DNA of 27,511 bases from positions 1 to 27,511 of IMG/VR virus record IMGVR_UViG_3300012664_000116; one strand, given 5' to 3'. Shown here one piece after another: positions 25,198 through 27,511 of this stretch (its first letter is position 1; every line of letters begins with the position of its first letter). The DNA is from a virus (Duplodnaviria > Caudoviricetes). A program made the position numbers and the translations under genes. The notes under the pieces are model-generated. The model did no database searches. It was not told the origin of the DNA and saw nothing but the letters and a program-made list of their open reading frames with translations.

Positions 25198-26871
25198 ATG
25201 GCTCAATATATTGAAGTTAATGGAGAAGTAGTTGAGTTTCCTGATGAGATGAATGACTCTCAGATAGCTGCTGCTATTCAAGGAACATACAAAAAGCCTG
25301 AAGCCCCTAGTGGATTTGTTCAAGGTGTAATGGACCCTGTTTACGGTGCTGGACAACTTGTCGGTAAAGCTTTGGAACAAGTCCCACAAGATGTTTCTGT
25401 TATGGGCATTCCTGTAGCTAAGGCAGCTAAAGCGTTCTCTGAAAAAGTCGTACCTCAGCGTGAACAACAATACCAGACGGAACGTGCAGCCGCTGGTGAA
25501 GAAGGTTTTGACTGGGCTCGTCTAGGCGGTAACGTTGTAAGCCCTGCTAACATTGTTGCTGGAGGCGCAGCAGGTTCTTTGGCTCGTAATGTAGGGGCTC
25601 AAGCTGCCCTTGCTGGAGCTGCTCAAGGCGCTATAGCTCCTGTAACTACAGCCGAAGATTTTACTGAAGAGAAGGCTAAACAGACAGCTGGAGGTGCTTT
25701 CTTTGGTATGCTAGGCGCAGGAGCCACTAAAGCCATTGGTGGAGTATTGAATCCTCTTGTATCTAAAGCTGAAGAAACAATGAAAAACTTAGGTGTGACG
25801 ATGACACCGGGACAGCTCATTGGAGGTAAAGCACGAGATCTAGAAGACTTTGCTATGTCTATGCCTTTGATTGGCCCTTACATTTCAAATGCTCGTGAAC
25901 GTACTTTGTTTTCGTTTAATAAAGGCGTGATTAATAAAGCACTCGGTAAAGTAGACGAAAAACTACCTGCCGATGTGATTGGTAGAGATGCTGTTCAACA
26001 TGCTAACGATGTGATTGATAAAGCTTACGATAACGTCTTAAATGACATGAGCTTTAAACTAGACTTTCCAACATACTCAAATGTGTTGAAAGCTATCAAA
26101 ACACCACCTAGTGTTGATCAACGTGTCAAGGTAAAAGAAGTTTTAGACACCTATTTGTTTAATAAGCTTCCTAAAGACGGTAAGATTGATGGTCAATCCT
26201 ACAAAGCTATTGAATCTGATTTAAGAACAAAAGCTGTTGGGTATAAGTCAAGCAGTACTGAAGATCAACGAGAAATCGGATACGCTCTGGATGAAGCTTT
26301 AAACTCTTTGAAAGAAAGCTTAAAGAAACAAAACCCTGAGCAGTCTTCACAACTACGTCGGGTGGACAGTGCTTATGGAGATATCTCTGTCATGAGAACC
26401 GCTGCTGCTAACTCTGGTGCTGAGAACGGTGTATTTACCCCTAAACAGTATCAGACTGCGGTTCGCCAGCGTGATGTGTCTCGTAATAAAGGACGCTTTG
26501 CTGCTGGTTTGGCACGAGGACAAGACATCTCTGACGCAGCCGTAGATGTTTTAGGCACAAGTCCTAAAGCTACTTTAGAAGGTCGTTTAGCGGTTCAAGC
26601 AGCTGGTTTGATGGGGGCTATGCAAACCCCTGCTGTGGCTGGTGGAATAGCTATTACAGCTCCTGTGATGTATTCTGAATCAGGTATTAATGCCATGAAT
26701 GCTTTGATGCGATCACGTCCTGAAATTGCTCGTAAACTTGGTGATGTTCTGGTTAAACGTGCTTCTAGAGAAGGAAGCATTACAGGCGCTCAAGTGTTGG
26801 AAGAATACAATCGTATGTCTAAAACACAGGATGAGGTTCCTCGTATTGAACTTCGTGGTATGGCTCGGTAA
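25198..26871 (+). CDS. probable large internal virion / ejection protein
   Basis: VEFPDEMNDSQIAAAI N-terminal motif, G/A-rich hydrophobic block, helical remainder. Confidence 0.6.
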   Translation: MAQYIEVNGEVVEFPDEMNDSQIAAAIQGTYKKPEAPSGFVQGVMDPVYGAGQLVGKALEQVPQDVSVMGIPVAKAAKAFSEKVVPQREQQYQTERAAAGEEGFDWARLGGNVVSPANIVAGGAAGSLARNVGAQAALAGAAQGAIAPVTTAEDFTEEKAKQTAGGAFFGMLGAGATKAIGGVLNPLVSKAEETMKNLGVTMTPGQLIGGKARDLEDFAMSMPLIGPYISNARERTLFSFNKGVINKALGKVDEKLPADVIGRDAVQHANDVIDKAYDNVLNDMSFKLDFPTYSNVLKAIKTPPSVDQRVKVKEVLDTYLFNKLPKDGKIDGQSYKAIESDLRTKAVGYKSSSTEDQREIGYALDEALNSLKESLKKQNPEQSSQLRRVDSAYGDISVMRTAAANSGAENGVFTPKQYQTAVRQRDVSRNKGRFAAGLARGQDISDAAVDVLGTSPKATLEGRLAVQAAGLMGAMQTPAVAGGIAITAPVMYSESGINAMNALMRSRPEIARKLGDVLVKRASREGSITGAQVLEEYNRMSKTQDEVPRIELRGMAR

Positions 26872-27511
26872 ATGCCTCTCTTAATCCTTGCTGGTGCTCT
26901 CAAGGCTGTTGAGGCTATCCAGCAGGGATGTGAGCTATACAAAGAGTATAAAGGTACTGTACTTAAAGCTAAGGAAACCTTTGATGAAGTCAAGGGTATA
27001 GCTACTGAGGTAACTCAGGTAAGTACAGGTATATGGGGATTCATTCAGAGTCTATTCACCTCAAAATCTGAGGCGATTAAGCCACCTAATCACCGCACTA
27101 AGGAATGTGTTAATGATACTACGCCTACGCCTGAGACAGAGAAGACTAAGAAAGCTGTTAAGGCCACACAAGAGTCCTACAGTGAACAAGACATAAAGGC
27201 TGAGTTAGTTAAGAACCTTAAAGTCTTCTTCAAGTCAATGATAGCTATCAATAAGAGGATAGCTGAGCAACAGTTACGTATAGATACTCAGTACATTGAA
27301 CCTGATGAGTTACTTGATGTCTCCTTGGACTTAGTGATAGCTAAGAAGGAGATGGAGAAGGCTCAGAAGGAGATCAGGGAGGTAATGATCTATCAGAGCC
27401 CTCCTGAGTTAGGTGCGCTATATACAGACGTTATTGAGATGTTTGGGATAGTGCAGGAGAAGCAAGAGATAACTCATTTAAGAGCCTTGAAAGCTAGGAA
27501 AGAAGAAGTAT
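26872..27511 (+). CDS. hypothetical helical protein, 3' truncated (MPLLILAGALKAVEAIQQG...)
   Basis: Hand translation open from ATG 26872 to the window end. Confidence 0.75.
   Translation, partial: MPLLILAGALKAVEAIQQGCELYKEYKGTVLKAKETFDEVKGIATEVTQVSTGIWGFIQSLFTSKSEAIKPPNHRTKECVNDTTPTPETEKTKKAVKATQESYSEQDIKAELVKNLKVFFKSMIAINKRIAEQQLRIDTQYIEPDELLDVSLDLVIAKKEMEKAQKEIREVMIYQSPPELGALYTDVIEMFGIVQEKQEITHLRALKARKEEV

Noticed and set aside
1425-26993. Many antisense or alternate-frame ORFs in the track (e.g. 1553-2035, 4018-4419, 10908-11459, 14444-14794, 25165-25470)
   Set aside because: They overlap well-supported genes, lack SD sequences or motifs, and are expected shadows of codon bias

Overview
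A 27.5 kb piece of a podovirus-like tailed dsDNA phage genome with two divergent arms. The minus-strand arm (about 8025 to 1) holds small early genes, a T7 gp4-like primase-helicase, a compact family A DNA polymerase, an endonuclease VII-family nuclease and a probable ssDNA-binding protein. The plus-strand arm (8991 to the window end) holds terminase, portal, scaffold, major capsid, two fibre genes, a free-standing LAGLIDADG endonuclease, short-tail proteins and probable ejection proteins. No RNA polymerase, integrase, tRNA or CRISPR array was seen. The main signal is the roughly 1 kb divergent control region. The early/replication arm starts at a well-formed sigma54 (-24/-12) promoter with helically phased NtrC-type boxes 130-185 bp upstream, while the virion genes carry ordinary sigma70 promoters. 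This suggests, as an inference, a phage whose replication programme responds to host nitrogen status. The same region has further repeated operators, an 18-bp inverted repeat and a G-run. All calls come from reading motifs by eye, no database searches were run, and the proteobacterial host is inferred.
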